The translations under genes were made by a program, and so were the position numbers. DNA of 41,156 bases, taken from the IMG/VR virus record IMGVR_UViG_3300010429_001127; one strand, 5' to 3'. Of this stretch, positions 1-8,992 are shown one piece after another (the first letter of the stretch is position 1; each line of letters opens with the position of its first letter). The notes beneath the pieces were generated by a model, which was not told the origin of the DNA, did not search any database, and saw only the letters and a list, made by a program, of their open reading frames with translations. This stretch comes from a virus.

Positions 1-346
1 TCTCCTTACAAAATTGTTTCTTCCCGAGGGAGGTATCGTAGCGCGAATTAATTGCGACCTTTCCTGGGGCCTCCGTGGTGAACTGTATGAACCCGCTCCC
101 AACACGATGTAGAGTCACGGTCTCCGCCAGCGGCTTGCTCGGCGCTGCGGTTGCAGTCTGGGTTGGTATCGGAGTCCGGGCGGTCGTGAGGGTCGTGACC
201 GGCGCGGCCGTCGTTGCTGCAGGTGTCGCTGTCGTGACGGCGGGTTGTGCAGGAGTGGCGGCCGGGGGGTGCTGCGAGGCCGCGATGCACCCGGTGGTAA
301 CGATAATCAGGGCTGCGATGCAGAACAGGATGATGCCCTTGTGCAT
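1..346 (-). CDS. Predicted lipoprotein, allele A (C-terminus runs off the window start)
   Basis: Not in ORF track; ATG at 346 reads MHKGIILFCIAALIIVTTGCIAASQHPP..., lipobox-like TGC, Thr/Pro/Ala linker, homologous to 38967-39491. Confidence 0.85.
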   Translation of the reverse strand, partial: MHKGIILFCIAALIIVTTGCIAASQHPPAATPAQPAVTTATPAATTAAPVTTLTTARTPIPTQTATAAPSKPLAETVTLHRVGSGFIQFTTEAPGKVAINSRYDTSLGKKQFCKE

Positions 347-362
347 AATCTCTTTTAAACTA

Positions 363-378
363 TTATAAGAGGATAAAA
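363..378 (-). promoter_or_regulatory. Putative TATA box for lipoprotein A
   Basis: TTTTATCC / TTATAA about 20-30 nt upstream of ATG 346 in a short AT-rich gap; equivalent CTTTATTT at 39515-39522 in copy B. Confidence 0.5.
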
Positions 379-385
379 GTATCTT

Positions 386-1456
386 TTAACCCGTCGGACC
401 GTCAAACACTAATGCCCATGCCGCTCCGTCTGTTGTATCAAAGACGTCATACAGGAGCGACCCGCCGGCGTTGACCCCGGAGATCACCCAGAGTTTGCTG
501 TCATAGACGAAAGACGAGTGCGCGTACCGGGCGGCAAACGCAGCGGATGCTGTCGCCTGCGTCCATGTCCCGCTATCGAGATAATGGACATCGTTATACG
601 TCGCACCGGCACCCCCTCTACCGCCAATTACCCAGAGCTTGCCGTCATAGACCTCTGCGGTGTGCATCGCCCTTGCAGAGAGGGTAGGGGTTGTGATCTC
701 CGTCCACGTCGCGCCGGTATCGGAGTACCACACGTCGTTATAGAAGGTGGAGACCCCGTCGAAACCGCCGATGATCCACATTCCTCCGGCGTGGGAGGTC
801 ATGGTGTGCCGTTCCCGGGTGGGAAATTCTGCGTTCGTGGTCTCCTCATCCCATGTTATCCCGTCGACAGAACTCCAGACCTTTTTGCCGAGAGAGATAT
901 ACATCCGGCTGTTATGGACGCACCCTGCGCAGCCGATGCCGGAGAACGGGGCGGAACTATTGACGAGCTGCCATACGGTGCCATTTGCTGACTTATAGAC
1001 GGTAGAACTCCCGGATCCCGCGATGACCCAGATGTACCCATTGAACGAGAGGACGACGTGCCCGTATCGTGCGGAAAATGCAGCGTTCCGCATCTTCATG
1101 GTCCACTCCTTTGCGGTCAGGGTGTTCCAGATGTCGTTCGACCCGTCATAATCGTGCCCGCCGATCCGCCAGATCAGGCTGTCGTGGGTAATGAACGACC
1201 GGAACACGCCACCCCATGGCGAGAAGTAGGATATGGCGTCGGTCAGAACGGCTATCTTCTTTCCCCCTGCAGCCGGGAAGATCGCAACCTTGTCGCCAAC
1301 GGAGATCGGCGAGAGCTTGACGGCGACCCTCTTTCCTCCGGCCGTCGGAATAATCGCAACCTTATCCCCGGCAGCTACCGGAGAGAGCGGGATGCTGACC
1401 CGCTTTCCGCCTGCGGTTGGGAAGGTTATCACCCTGTCGCCCGGCGAGATCGTCAT
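386..1456 (-). CDS. Kelch-repeat beta-propeller protein with three N-terminal repeats, allele A; putative tail-tip receptor-binding protein
   Basis: Repeated R-x-x-H...W-x-I-GG...W Kelch motifs; last gene of the tail operon, start overlaps the hub-gene stop. Confidence 0.8.
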   Translation of the reverse strand: MTISPGDRVITFPTAGGKRVSIPLSPVAAGDKVAIIPTAGGKRVAVKLSPISVGDKVAIFPAAGGKKIAVLTDAISYFSPWGGVFRSFITHDSLIWRIGGHDYDGSNDIWNTLTAKEWTMKMRNAAFSARYGHVVLSFNGYIWVIAGSGSSTVYKSANGTVWQLVNSSAPFSGIGCAGCVHNSRMYISLGKKVWSSVDGITWDEETTNAEFPTRERHTMTSHAGGMWIIGGFDGVSTFYNDVWYSDTGATWTEITTPTLSARAMHTAEVYDGKLWVIGGRGGAGATYNDVHYLDSGTWTQATASAAFAARYAHSSFVYDSKLWVISGVNAGGSLLYDVFDTTDGAAWALVFDGPTG

Positions 1457-3042
1457 GATGCGTCCCGGGATACGCTCGTGATGCCCTGCTCAAGGGTTGC
1501 GGTTACCTCATCGTTGGTGACGTCCGTGACGGTGCCGATCTCAACCACCGGCTCGCCGTTCTTTATATCCCGGATCACCGCCCGCATGCGGGAGATGTGT
1601 TCCGTGAAGGTCCGCTTGAGCTGGAGGTATGCCTTGAACTGCGAGTCCGGGATCACGGTGACGTGCGTGCGGTTGACCGTGCCCGCGCGATCGTAGACGT
1701 ACCGGATATCGACGATCCGGTAATCCCCGTTCGTGATCCGGCCGGTGAAGCCCGAGAACGCGAGCAGTTGCAGCTTTCGGAGGTCGGACCGGGCCCGCAG
1801 GGTTACGTCGTATTTCAGGATCGGGGTGCAGTAGTAGTCGTAGAGGTCATCCGCCCGGGCGTCTGCGTCATCCTGCGAGGAGATGTCCTCATTGATCTCC
1901 TTGTAGGTCCGGGGGGTCTTCCCATTAGTGATCTCGCTCGTCTCCTTGACCGACCTGTACCATTCAGATTTGGCAAGCGCCTTGCACTTGACAATGATCC
2001 GGTTGAAGTTCTGCCCCCCCTTCCGCTCGTACCGCGCCGGGGAGATAACTGCATACGAGGTCGGGGTGATGGTGACCTTCGCCGGCAGATCGAGGCCGTC
2101 CGTGGCGCTGTCGATATCGTCCTCCGGGATGAAGTACGCGGAGGGTTTCGGGCTGCCCGCGACCGTGACCCACCGGCGGTAGAAGATATAGTCCATGTAA
2201 TCGGCAACCTTGTCGATCACCTGGATGATCGTCTCGAGGTCCTCAAAGAAGAATGTCTTCTGGATCGTATCCCACAACGTCGCGGAGTTCGCCATCCGGT
2301 ACGCGTCAATCCCGGTGCTGCCCCCGCCGTCGACATTCTCCAGCAGCCGCTCGACCCAGTCCTCCGGGTAATAGTCTGACACCGTATAAACAACGGTCTG
2401 CCCGTCAGCCGTGGCGATGTTCGTGCCATTGACCTTCAGGTATTCCGTGTCAGTGAAATAGTCGCCGTCTCCATCAGGGGAACCGGAGATAATCGTGATA
2501 ATGAGGTAGTGGTCGAACTGGTCGACCTCCCAGACGCTCGCAATGTGCCCGCTGGTTGCGCCGGTGATGATATCCCCAATCCCAAAGAGGCCGGTATAAT
2601 TCGTGAAGTCCAGCCGGTAGTAGGTGATCTTGTCCTGGTCGATGATTGAGAGAAGGTTGCGGTCCGTGAGCTGCGGGTAGTTCATCGTGAGATACCAGGA
2701 GAAGTCGTACGCGATGCAGGTCGTCTGGTCCTTCTCTGCGCTATACGACGTCTCGCCGTCCACGAAGATCCCGACGAAAACGACCTGGCTTGTCCCGGAA
2801 TAATCCGGGATCGCGTAGGAGAACTTCTCATAGTACGCCGGCTCGACGTTGCCGGAGAAGGTGAAGATCCCGCGCATCATCTTGTCGTTCAGGCTGTCAG
2901 TGATCTCAACCGATACCAGCGAGTCCATGACATTCGCGGTGAAGGTGCTTACCGGCAGGTATCCCGCGCTGCCCCGCACTATTGCGTCGTCGCCGAGCTG
3001 CCCTTCCGTGAAAAGGTTGACGTCAGGCCCGGCGTCCGTCAT
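1453..3042 (-). CDS. Baseplate hub / Tal-like tail protein
   Basis: 529 aa, follows tape measure and Dit-like genes; NRIIVKC motif and C-terminal architecture typical of hub proteins. Confidence 0.65.
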   Translation of the reverse strand: MTDAGPDVNLFTEGQLGDDAIVRGSAGYLPVSTFTANVMDSLVSVEITDSLNDKMMRGIFTFSGNVEPAYYEKFSYAIPDYSGTSQVVFVGIFVDGETSYSAEKDQTTCIAYDFSWYLTMNYPQLTDRNLLSIIDQDKITYYRLDFTNYTGLFGIGDIITGATSGHIASVWEVDQFDHYLIITIISGSPDGDGDYFTDTEYLKVNGTNIATADGQTVVYTVSDYYPEDWVERLLENVDGGGSTGIDAYRMANSATLWDTIQKTFFFEDLETIIQVIDKVADYMDYIFYRRWVTVAGSPKPSAYFIPEDDIDSATDGLDLPAKVTITPTSYAVISPARYERKGGQNFNRIIVKCKALAKSEWYRSVKETSEITNGKTPRTYKEINEDISSQDDADARADDLYDYYCTPILKYDVTLRARSDLRKLQLLAFSGFTGRITNGDYRIVDIRYVYDRAGTVNRTHVTVIPDSQFKAYLQLKRTFTEHISRMRAVIRDIKNGEPVVEIGTVTDVTNDEVTATLEQGITSVSRDAS

Positions 3043-3578
3043 GTGGAGGTCCCGACGAAGGTGCTCACCTGGTCGCTGCCGTCATACGTGGCGGTCTTGG
3101 TGAGGGTGTAGATAACATTGGTGCCAGCTGCCCGGTCCGCCTCGGTGAGGTAGAACTTCTTGGTGGACCCGGTCATCTTGCCGCTCGTGCCGTCGTACGT
3201 GAAGGTGTTCTCGGTGAAGAACGGGCCTTCCAGCGCGAGGATCTTCTTCAGGGTATCGTTGAGGGCGTACTCGTACTCCTCGTGGACCTCCATCTCCTTA
3301 AAGAGCAGCAGGCAGTCGTCGATCTTGATCCGCATGATAAGCGAGCCCGCGGTGTTGGTGTCGGTCGCGTCGAGCGTGATGTAGTACCAGCCGTTGGCGA
3401 TCTCGGTTGCGCCGCCGCTGTTCTTGTTAACGAACGACGTGCCTCCCGCCTTGAGGAACTGGATATCGGTATTCGCAATCGTGAGCCCGGTCTTCGGGGT
3501 GATCCCGTCGTCGTCGTCCAGGAACGGGCCGATCTGGATGACCTGGGATGCCGTGGATTTTTTCAGTTTCTGTACCAT
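3039..3578 (-). CDS. Tail-associated structural protein (BppU-N-like beta-sandwich)
   Basis: GPFLD..DGITPKTGLTIA...GWYYITLDATDT pattern recalled from phage tail proteins; position in the tail operon. Confidence 0.5.
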   Translation of the reverse strand: MVQKLKKSTASQVIQIGPFLDDDDGITPKTGLTIANTDIQFLKAGGTSFVNKNSGGATEIANGWYYITLDATDTNTAGSLIMRIKIDDCLLLFKEMEVHEEYEYALNDTLKKILALEGPFFTENTFTYDGTSGKMTGSTKKFYLTEADRAAGTNVIYTLTKTATYDGSDQVSTFVGTST

Positions 3579-3582
3579 GATT

Positions 3583-4446
3583 TCAGCCTCCTGTCACCAG
3601 CGCGGCCGGCAGGTACCCGAGCAGCTGGTGGATGTAGTTGAGGATGATGATGATCAGCGTGGTCCCGCCGTCCGACGCAGAGACGTTGACCCAGTACGGG
3701 CCCGGTGAGGTGTTGGCCCAGTGGATGTTGCTGGCGTTCAGGGCGATCGAGTAGTTGCCGGGACCGAGGGATACCAGGGGATTTTTGGCGGTCGAGAAGG
3801 TGAACGGCGTGCCGTTGCCCCCGGTGGTGGAGGAGTTCGTGAAGTTCCAGACCCATGCGGTCGGGTTGTTGACGCTGTTATCGGTGAACTGGACGTTCAG
3901 CAGGGCCGGCCCGGTCGTCTTATCGGAGGTGAACGCTGCCGTGACGTACCGGGGGTCCGTCATGATATTGTCGACGTATGCGTAGGTCGCATTCTGGTCC
4001 TGCGATTCGACGTCGAACTGGATCGTGTAGTTCCCGGTATACGCCGAGCTGTCGATCTCGATAATTTCCCATCCGGTCGTCTTGGTGGACCGGGAATACA
4101 CGAACTCCGCGTCGCCGTCAAACGGTTGCGCCATCACCCTGAAAAGAGGATAGACCGTAGGGCCGGTGATGTTCAGCGCGAACGAGAGCTTATACGCGGC
4201 GTCGTCGAAGTCGATCTCCTCCTGGTAAATCCGGGTGTAGTCGTCGTCCCTGAGTGATGAGAGGTTCGCGCCATAGGTGCTGTTATACGCAGCCGGGGCC
4301 GTAACCGATACGTTGCCCCAGTCGGTCGTCCACCCTACGATCGTTCCCGTCTCGAAGTCGCCGTTCACCACTTGGTTCGCGACTGCAGGGAGGATGATGA
4401 GAGCCATCGCCAGCAGCACCGCGATGCAGAGCCTTGTCAGTGTCAT
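3583..4446 (-). CDS. Secreted CBM-like + PKD-domain protein with hydrophobic C-terminus
   Basis: Likely start ATG 4446 (ATGA overlap); signal peptide MTLTRLCIAVLLAMALIILPAVA, NGDFETG CBM4/9-like start, PKD motif VQFTDNS..NPTAWVWNF. Confidence 0.8.
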   Translation of the reverse strand: MTLTRLCIAVLLAMALIILPAVANQVVNGDFETGTIVGWTTDWGNVSVTAPAAYNSTYGANLSSLRDDDYTRIYQEEIDFDDAAYKLSFALNITGPTVYPLFRVMAQPFDGDAEFVYSRSTKTTGWEIIEIDSSAYTGNYTIQFDVESQDQNATYAYVDNIMTDPRYVTAAFTSDKTTGPALLNVQFTDNSVNNPTAWVWNFTNSSTTGGNGTPFTFSTAKNPLVSLGPGNYSIALNASNIHWANTSPGPYWVNVSASDGGTTLIIIILNYIHQLLGYLPAALVTGG

Positions 4447-4793
4447 GATGTATCCCTCACAAACCTGATGTTGAAGATCCAGAGCCCCAGCTGCGTGCCG
4501 TCCGCCTCCATATTCGAGAGGTCCGCGATATAGCAGTTGGTATACGTGGTGCCGTTCAGGACCAGGGAAGCCTTGGTGCCGAGCGGTGAGGTGACCGCAG
4601 TATGGCCGGAGAGCAGGAGGTCCTGCCCGGTATGGCCGAACAGGGCGGCAAGTGCTGTGTACTGGGTGCGGTCCTTCGTGGCGCATTCCAGCTCGACTTC
4701 ATACCCATACGCCCCTGCGGTGCCGACCATCTTCTCGCTGACAACGTGCCGGGTTGGCACCGTGACGGAATTGAACGTGCAGACGACCGTCAT
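4443..4793 (-). CDS. Distal tail (Dit)-like protein
   Basis: 116 aa directly after the tape measure gene, ATGA-coupled. Confidence 0.55.
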   Translation of the reverse strand: MTVVCTFNSVTVPTRHVVSEKMVGTAGAYGYEVELECATKDRTQYTALAALFGHTGQDLLLSGHTAVTSPLGTKASLVLNGTTYTNCYIADLSNMEADGTQLGLWIFNIRFVRDTS

Positions 4794-6355
4794 AGCAACC
4801 GGACCCCCGCCTTGGTGAGATCGGAATCCGACAGGGAGATCGTCTCGTTCCGGGTGGTGTCAGCCACGCCCTTGACACGGCGGATCTCCTTGCCGTCAAG
4901 CTGGATGATGAGATCGCCGGACTTCACCTTGTTCCCGGTGGCTTCGTTATAGACCGCAGCGCCCGCAGCCCGTACATTCTCCCCGGCTATACCCAGGTCC
5001 TGATCGCTCTCCCGCATCGACCGCCGGTAATTCTTCATAATCGACCGGAACTGGTCGCCGCCAAGCCCGACCGCATCTTCGAGATCCTCGATGGTGTCTG
5101 CGGTGATATCCACCCGGTCCTGCTCAAGGTCCACGACCCTCTGTAGGGAATCGGCGTACTTGTCGGTGGCGGCGGTCAGGCTGTCGATAGCATCAGCCTC
5201 GGCCTTTTTTGCGGTTTCGGCGATTGAGTCCTTGAGGGCGATCTCCTTATCGGTCAGTTGCGCGATCTGCAGGGAATACTTATCGTAATCGGCTTCAGTG
5301 AGGGCCTTGTTCCGGTTCTCGATCGCCGTGGCGAGCTGGTCCTCGATGATCTTCATCTGGAGATCATTGCCGGAAAGACCGGCATACTTGTCCGTGAATG
5401 TCTTTTCAGCTGCTGTGCCCCCCCCGCCAGCGGTCTTCAGGGCTGCCGCCTGCTGTGCTGCGAGAGCGTCCTGGGTGTAGGCTGCCGGGTTGAAGATCCG
5501 TTTTCCGGCCTCGACCATTCCGGCGCGGTTCCCGGTTTTCAGGAAGTCGATGGTGCCGGAAACGCCCATCACGAGCGAAGACGCTTCCACCCCGACAAGA
5601 GCCCCGAGATCCTCAACACCAAGCAGGGCATTCGCGATCGGCAGCCCGATCCTCGCCTTGGCAATCTCGACCTGGTCCGCGAGCTCCGCCCACTTCGTCT
5701 TGAACTCGTCGATGTTGTCGAGGTCTTCCTGGCTGAAGGCCGGGTCATGGTTTGCATACGCCACCAGGGCATCATCCGCATTGTTGATCATCTCGGCGAG
5801 GTTATACCACGACCTCCCGAGGATCGCCTTTGCCGCCGCATCCCGTTCTTGGGCGGTCGACATGCTACCGAGCCTGGCGAGGATGTTTCTCATCAGGGTG
5901 TCGTTGTCGATCAGGTCGCCGTTTGCGTCCCGGTACTGGATCCCGAGCGCGTCGAGCTTGGACCGGAGTTCATCTCCGGCAGCGCCCTGGTCCCCGATCG
6001 TAGCGTTGAGATACTGCATCGACTGGGTGAAGGCCCCGAAATCAGTATCCGTGGCGATCGCGGCTGCCCGCCACTTCTGCGTGGCATCGGTGCTCATCCC
6101 GGTGACATATGCGAACTGTTGGACCTGGTCCTGATATCGCTCGGCGGCCTGGATGAGCTCGTTTGTTGTGACGACCATCGCGGTCGCTGCAGCGATCGGG
6201 AGCGCGAAGGCAGCCCCCCATTCCAGCAGGCTTTTCTCGCTCTTGGCGATCTCCCCGCGCCATTCCATCAGGGAATACTTGGCCTTGTCGACCTGGAACT
6301 GGAAGCCGTCATCTTTCCAGTGAAGCCAGACCCAGAGCTCTTCCGTGTCACTCAC
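4790..6355 (-). CDS. Tail tape measure protein
   Basis: 521 aa, Ala-rich helical, follows the chaperone pair. Confidence 0.85.
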   Translation of the reverse strand: MSDTEELWVWLHWKDDGFQFQVDKAKYSLMEWRGEIAKSEKSLLEWGAAFALPIAAATAMVVTTNELIQAAERYQDQVQQFAYVTGMSTDATQKWRAAAIATDTDFGAFTQSMQYLNATIGDQGAAGDELRSKLDALGIQYRDANGDLIDNDTLMRNILARLGSMSTAQERDAAAKAILGRSWYNLAEMINNADDALVAYANHDPAFSQEDLDNIDEFKTKWAELADQVEIAKARIGLPIANALLGVEDLGALVGVEASSLVMGVSGTIDFLKTGNRAGMVEAGKRIFNPAAYTQDALAAQQAAALKTAGGGGTAAEKTFTDKYAGLSGNDLQMKIIEDQLATAIENRNKALTEADYDKYSLQIAQLTDKEIALKDSIAETAKKAEADAIDSLTAATDKYADSLQRVVDLEQDRVDITADTIEDLEDAVGLGGDQFRSIMKNYRRSMRESDQDLGIAGENVRAAGAAVYNEATGNKVKSGDLIIQLDGKEIRRVKGVADTTRNETISLSDSDLTKAGVRLL

Positions 6356-6620
6356 GGTTTACCCGCCCCCTTTTCGAGCGTTCCGTGACCATGAAGTCCC
6401 GGGGTTTCGGATGGGCTTTCGGTGCATGGGCTACGATATTGACGGCGCAGTTCTGCCCGTTCAGGATGTCCAGGAATGTCTGCCAGCTGTCCTTCTCCTT
6501 CATGCGTTCCGTGATCACTGCGATGATCTCCGCGATCGTCATCCTCCATGTGTCCTCCGGCATTAGCCCGCACCTGATGGCAGCCGGTTCAAGGACCGCC
6601 ATCAGGTCGTTCAGTTTTTT
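6348..6620 (-). CDS. Tail assembly chaperone, frameshifted C-terminal extension (GT-like)
   Basis: Open in the -1 frame from the A AAA AAC site: KLNDLMAVLEPAAIRCGL... Confidence 0.75.
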   Translation of the reverse strand, partial: KKLNDLMAVLEPAAIRCGLMPEDTWRMTIAEIIAVITERMKEKDSWQTFLDILNGQNCAVNIVAHAPKAHPKPRDFMVTERSKRGRVNRE

Positions 6621-7114
6621 GGCGGTTTCCCTTCGGATTTTCCCTTTTTCCCGGCTCCGTCTTTCGGCGCTACCGCCCGGTACGCGATCTTCGCTGTGAA
6701 GAAGCCCTCCATGATCTCATGGTAGAGCCGGCCCATGTCGTCCGGGTTCTCCGACTCCTGCATGAAGGACCAGAGCAGCTCGCCGGCCTGTTCCTTCCCG
6801 GCATCGTTCATCGGGAAGACGTGGACCAGCTCGCCTTTCTCATCCTCCTCTCGCAGGCCGCGCCAGAGGAAGACTTCGGTCGCTACCTGGCTGCCGAAGA
6901 TCCCGCGCCGGGTGAAGTCGGGATACCCGATGCCGAGCGCCCGTTCCATCGCCTTGACGTCCGCCCGGTCGAACCGGATCTGGTAGGTCTGCTGGAGGGT
7001 GAGAGGGGAAGACCGGTCAGTGGCCTCCCCCGGTTCATCCTCATTGGCTTTCGTCCCGGCGAACTGCTGCCGGAACCGTTTGCAGAGCTCGGCGCTTTCC
7101 GTCTGTTTTCGCAT
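6611..7114 (-). CDS. Tail assembly chaperone (G-like)
   Basis: Between tail tube and tape measure; ends in the slippery site. Confidence 0.75.
   Translation of the reverse strand: MRKQTESAELCKRFRQQFAGTKANEDEPGEATDRSSPLTLQQTYQIRFDRADVKAMERALGIGYPDFTRRGIFGSQVATEVFLWRGLREEDEKGELVHVFPMNDAGKEQAGELLWSFMQESENPDDMGRLYHEIMEGFFTAKIAYRAVAPKDGAGKKGKSEGKPPKN
6614..6620 (-). promoter_or_regulatory. Programmed -1 ribosomal frameshift slippery site AAAAAAC
   Basis: CCA AAA AAC TGA ends the chaperone ORF; X XXY YYZ heptamer; conserved position between tail tube and tape measure. Confidence 0.8.
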
Positions 7115-7120
7115 CCCGGA

Positions 7121-7864
7121 TCACTCCAGGATGACGTCCATGTAGTGCGAGAGCTGGAACTGGAAGGCGTCGTTATACTTCGCGGTCGTCGGGAAGTTGT
7201 GGTTTGCGCTCGTGCCCTTGGCGTTCATGAGGAACCATTTCCGGGTGATGGTGCTGTTCTCGTCCCGGCGTTTCCCGACAAGACAGCCAATCTCCTTGAA
7301 GGCATGGGTCTTGTTCGAGAACTTCTTCATGGGAGTGGTCTCGTTCTCGGTGTCGACCTTGTCACCGTAAACGAGCGCTACGAAATCGAGCGTATAGGCG
7401 AGCTGGTTGAGCGTGGCCTTGTTCTCGATCGCGCCGCTGGTCTGGATCTTGGTGGCCTGCCCGTGGACGCTCTCGCTGGAAGTCTCGGCGGTCCCGGTGA
7501 AACTGACATCCTTCGCCGTGGCGATATGGACCAGCGCCGAGGTGTCGACATCGACATACGCGAGCTCGACCACGTCGTTCTCGGCAATGCCGGTATACTT
7601 GACGAAGTCCGTGCCGGTTGCCTCTGTCGCCCATACTCCGGCTGATACCTGTTCCTCGACCGCGAGCGGCGTCCGGACGTCCGAGACGACCTTGGCCGCC
7701 CAGACCGAGCCGTAATCGGCTGTCTTCGCGAGGGCGAACCCGCCTGCAGCAGCCTCACCTGCAGTAACCGTATGCGTTTCCGTCTTGTAGGTCCCGCCGG
7801 CGTACCAGCGGACCTCTGATCCCTGGGGGACATCTTCCGAAATGATATCGTCTGTCATCTTCAA
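7121..7864 (-). CDS. Major tail tube protein
   Basis: 247 aa after the terminator gene; tube-like pattern (ATAKDVSFTGTAET..SVHG). Confidence 0.7.
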   Translation of the reverse strand: MKMTDDIISEDVPQGSEVRWYAGGTYKTETHTVTAGEAAAGGFALAKTADYGSVWAAKVVSDVRTPLAVEEQVSAGVWATEATGTDFVKYTGIAENDVVELAYVDVDTSALVHIATAKDVSFTGTAETSSESVHGQATKIQTSGAIENKATLNQLAYTLDFVALVYGDKVDTENETTPMKKFSNKTHAFKEIGCLVGKRRDENSTITRKWFLMNAKGTSANHNFPTTAKYNDAFQFQLSHYMDVILE

Positions 7865-8301
7865 TCAGTCCTGTAGGTCACCATGAAGTCCATCGGCTTG
7901 TGGTAGTAGTCCGTCTGGTCTTCGCGGAACCTGCGTTCGCTTGAGAGTTTCATCCTCGAAATGTAGTGCACGACCCCGTTGACTGTCTGCGACAAGGGGG
8001 TCTTCTTCAGGTCCGGGGCGTGCAGGGCCGCCTTGACGGCAGCCGCGAGTTGTTCGACTTCCTTGGGGTCCTTGATCCCGTTGACTTCCTGCGGGTTGCT
8101 GTAGCAGGAGACCTGGACCCGTGCGGTCGAGAGGTCCGGGACATCATCGTCCGGGACGTCGTCGACAAGGGTAATCCGGAGGGCCGGCAGGACCGGGTCC
8201 GTGTACGGGAGGGAGTCGGGGTAGATCCGATCGCCTGCGATCGCGCTCACTCCCGAATTGGCTTTGAGCAGCTCCAGGATGCAGGTCGCAATATGGGTCA
8301 T
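7861..8301 (-). CDS. Tail terminator (DUF3168/SPP1 gp17-like)
   Basis: RIYPDSLP...P...RVQVSCY motif, gene order. Confidence 0.75.
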   Translation of the reverse strand: MTHIATCILELLKANSGVSAIAGDRIYPDSLPYTDPVLPALRITLVDDVPDDDVPDLSTARVQVSCYSNPQEVNGIKDPKEVEQLAAAVKAALHAPDLKKTPLSQTVNGVVHYISRMKLSSERRFREDQTDYYHKPMDFMVTYRTD

Positions 8302-8744
8302 GACCGCACGACGCCCCCGATGCCGTTTTTGATCCGTGAGAGGACCTTCGGCTTGCCCTCATCCCATGCCGGGCGGAGGAACGGCTGGGCTCTCATACCC
8401 TTGGTGTACCGGAAGCCCGGCTTGCCTTTTCGGCCGGCATACCGGAAGACCCAGGGGGTTTTCCGGCCCTTGCCATTCTCGGCATAGAGCCCGGTCCCGA
8501 ACTCGACATAGATACCATATTTGAGGCTGGTGCCGGTCCGGACGCCGTCGACAAGGTCTTCCGTGTGGATCTCCCTGCGGAGCGTGCCGGTGTCATGGGC
8601 GCACTTCTGCTTTGCCGGGTTCTGGACGAACTCGACCATGCCGGCCTTCGCCTCGGCCCGGAGGATCCGGGGGGTGTCCATCTTGATGCGGTCGAGTTTC
8701 GCGAGGAGGTGGTCCATGCCTTCGACTTTCATGGAGGTGGGCAT
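8298..8744 (-). CDS. HK97 gp10-like neck/tail-completion protein
   Basis: Likely start ATG 8744; DTGTLRREI, YGIYVEFGTG, MRAQPFLRPA motifs. Confidence 0.85.
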   Translation of the reverse strand: MPTSMKVEGMDHLLAKLDRIKMDTPRILRAEAKAGMVEFVQNPAKQKCAHDTGTLRREIHTEDLVDGVRTGTSLKYGIYVEFGTGLYAENGKGRKTPWVFRYAGRKGKPGFRYTKGMRAQPFLRPAWDEGKPKVLSRIKNGIGGVVRS

Positions 8745-8992
8745 CAGGATCCTCCTGTGAGCCGGATCCAGATCCAGTTGCCAATGATCGCCACCCCTGT
8801 TGATAGAGTAATGGCAATACCTACGAGGGTGCTTTGGAACTGCTCCAGCTTTGACACCCGCCCACACAGGCCGCCCTGCCCATCCTCTCCATACATGGCT
8901 TTCCTGAGCGAGGCGTTGGCTTCGATGACGCCATCCATTTTCACATTCAGCTCAACCAGGAGGTCATGATCGCTGAGGTCCTCGGTTTTCAA
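8744..8992 (-). CDS. Small coiled-coil protein with C-terminal transmembrane helix
   Basis: LVGIAITLSTGVAIIGNWIWI hydrophobic stretch; architecture resembles XhlA-like holins but unproven. Confidence 0.55.
   Translation of the reverse strand: MKTEDLSDHDLLVELNVKMDGVIEANASLRKAMYGEDGQGGLCGRVSKLEQFQSTLVGIAITLSTGVAIIGNWIWIRLTGGS

Larger units (their letters stand above)
114..2012. repeat. Imperfect long direct repeat, copy A (lipoprotein N-part, Kelch gene, tail-hub C-terminus)
   Basis: Colinear with 39256-41156; 114-153 identical to 39256-39295; 1886-2012 identical to 41030-41156. Confidence 0.95.

Noticed and set aside
386-1456. Diversity-generating retroelement as the source of Kelch variation
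   Set aside because: No reverse transcriptase, no template/variable repeat pair within one unit, and differences are not adenine-specific and include synonymous changes along the whole gene.
3583-4686. ORF-track long starts (3583-4686, 8298-8867, 25-kb and 28-kb region extensions such as 28138-28776, 38967-39563)
   Set aside because: The extensions overlap upstream genes; coupled starts or signal peptides point to the shorter starts given in the features.
8744-8992. Calling this gene the holin
   Set aside because: A single C-terminal TM and neck-module location are suggestive only; left as a membrane protein.
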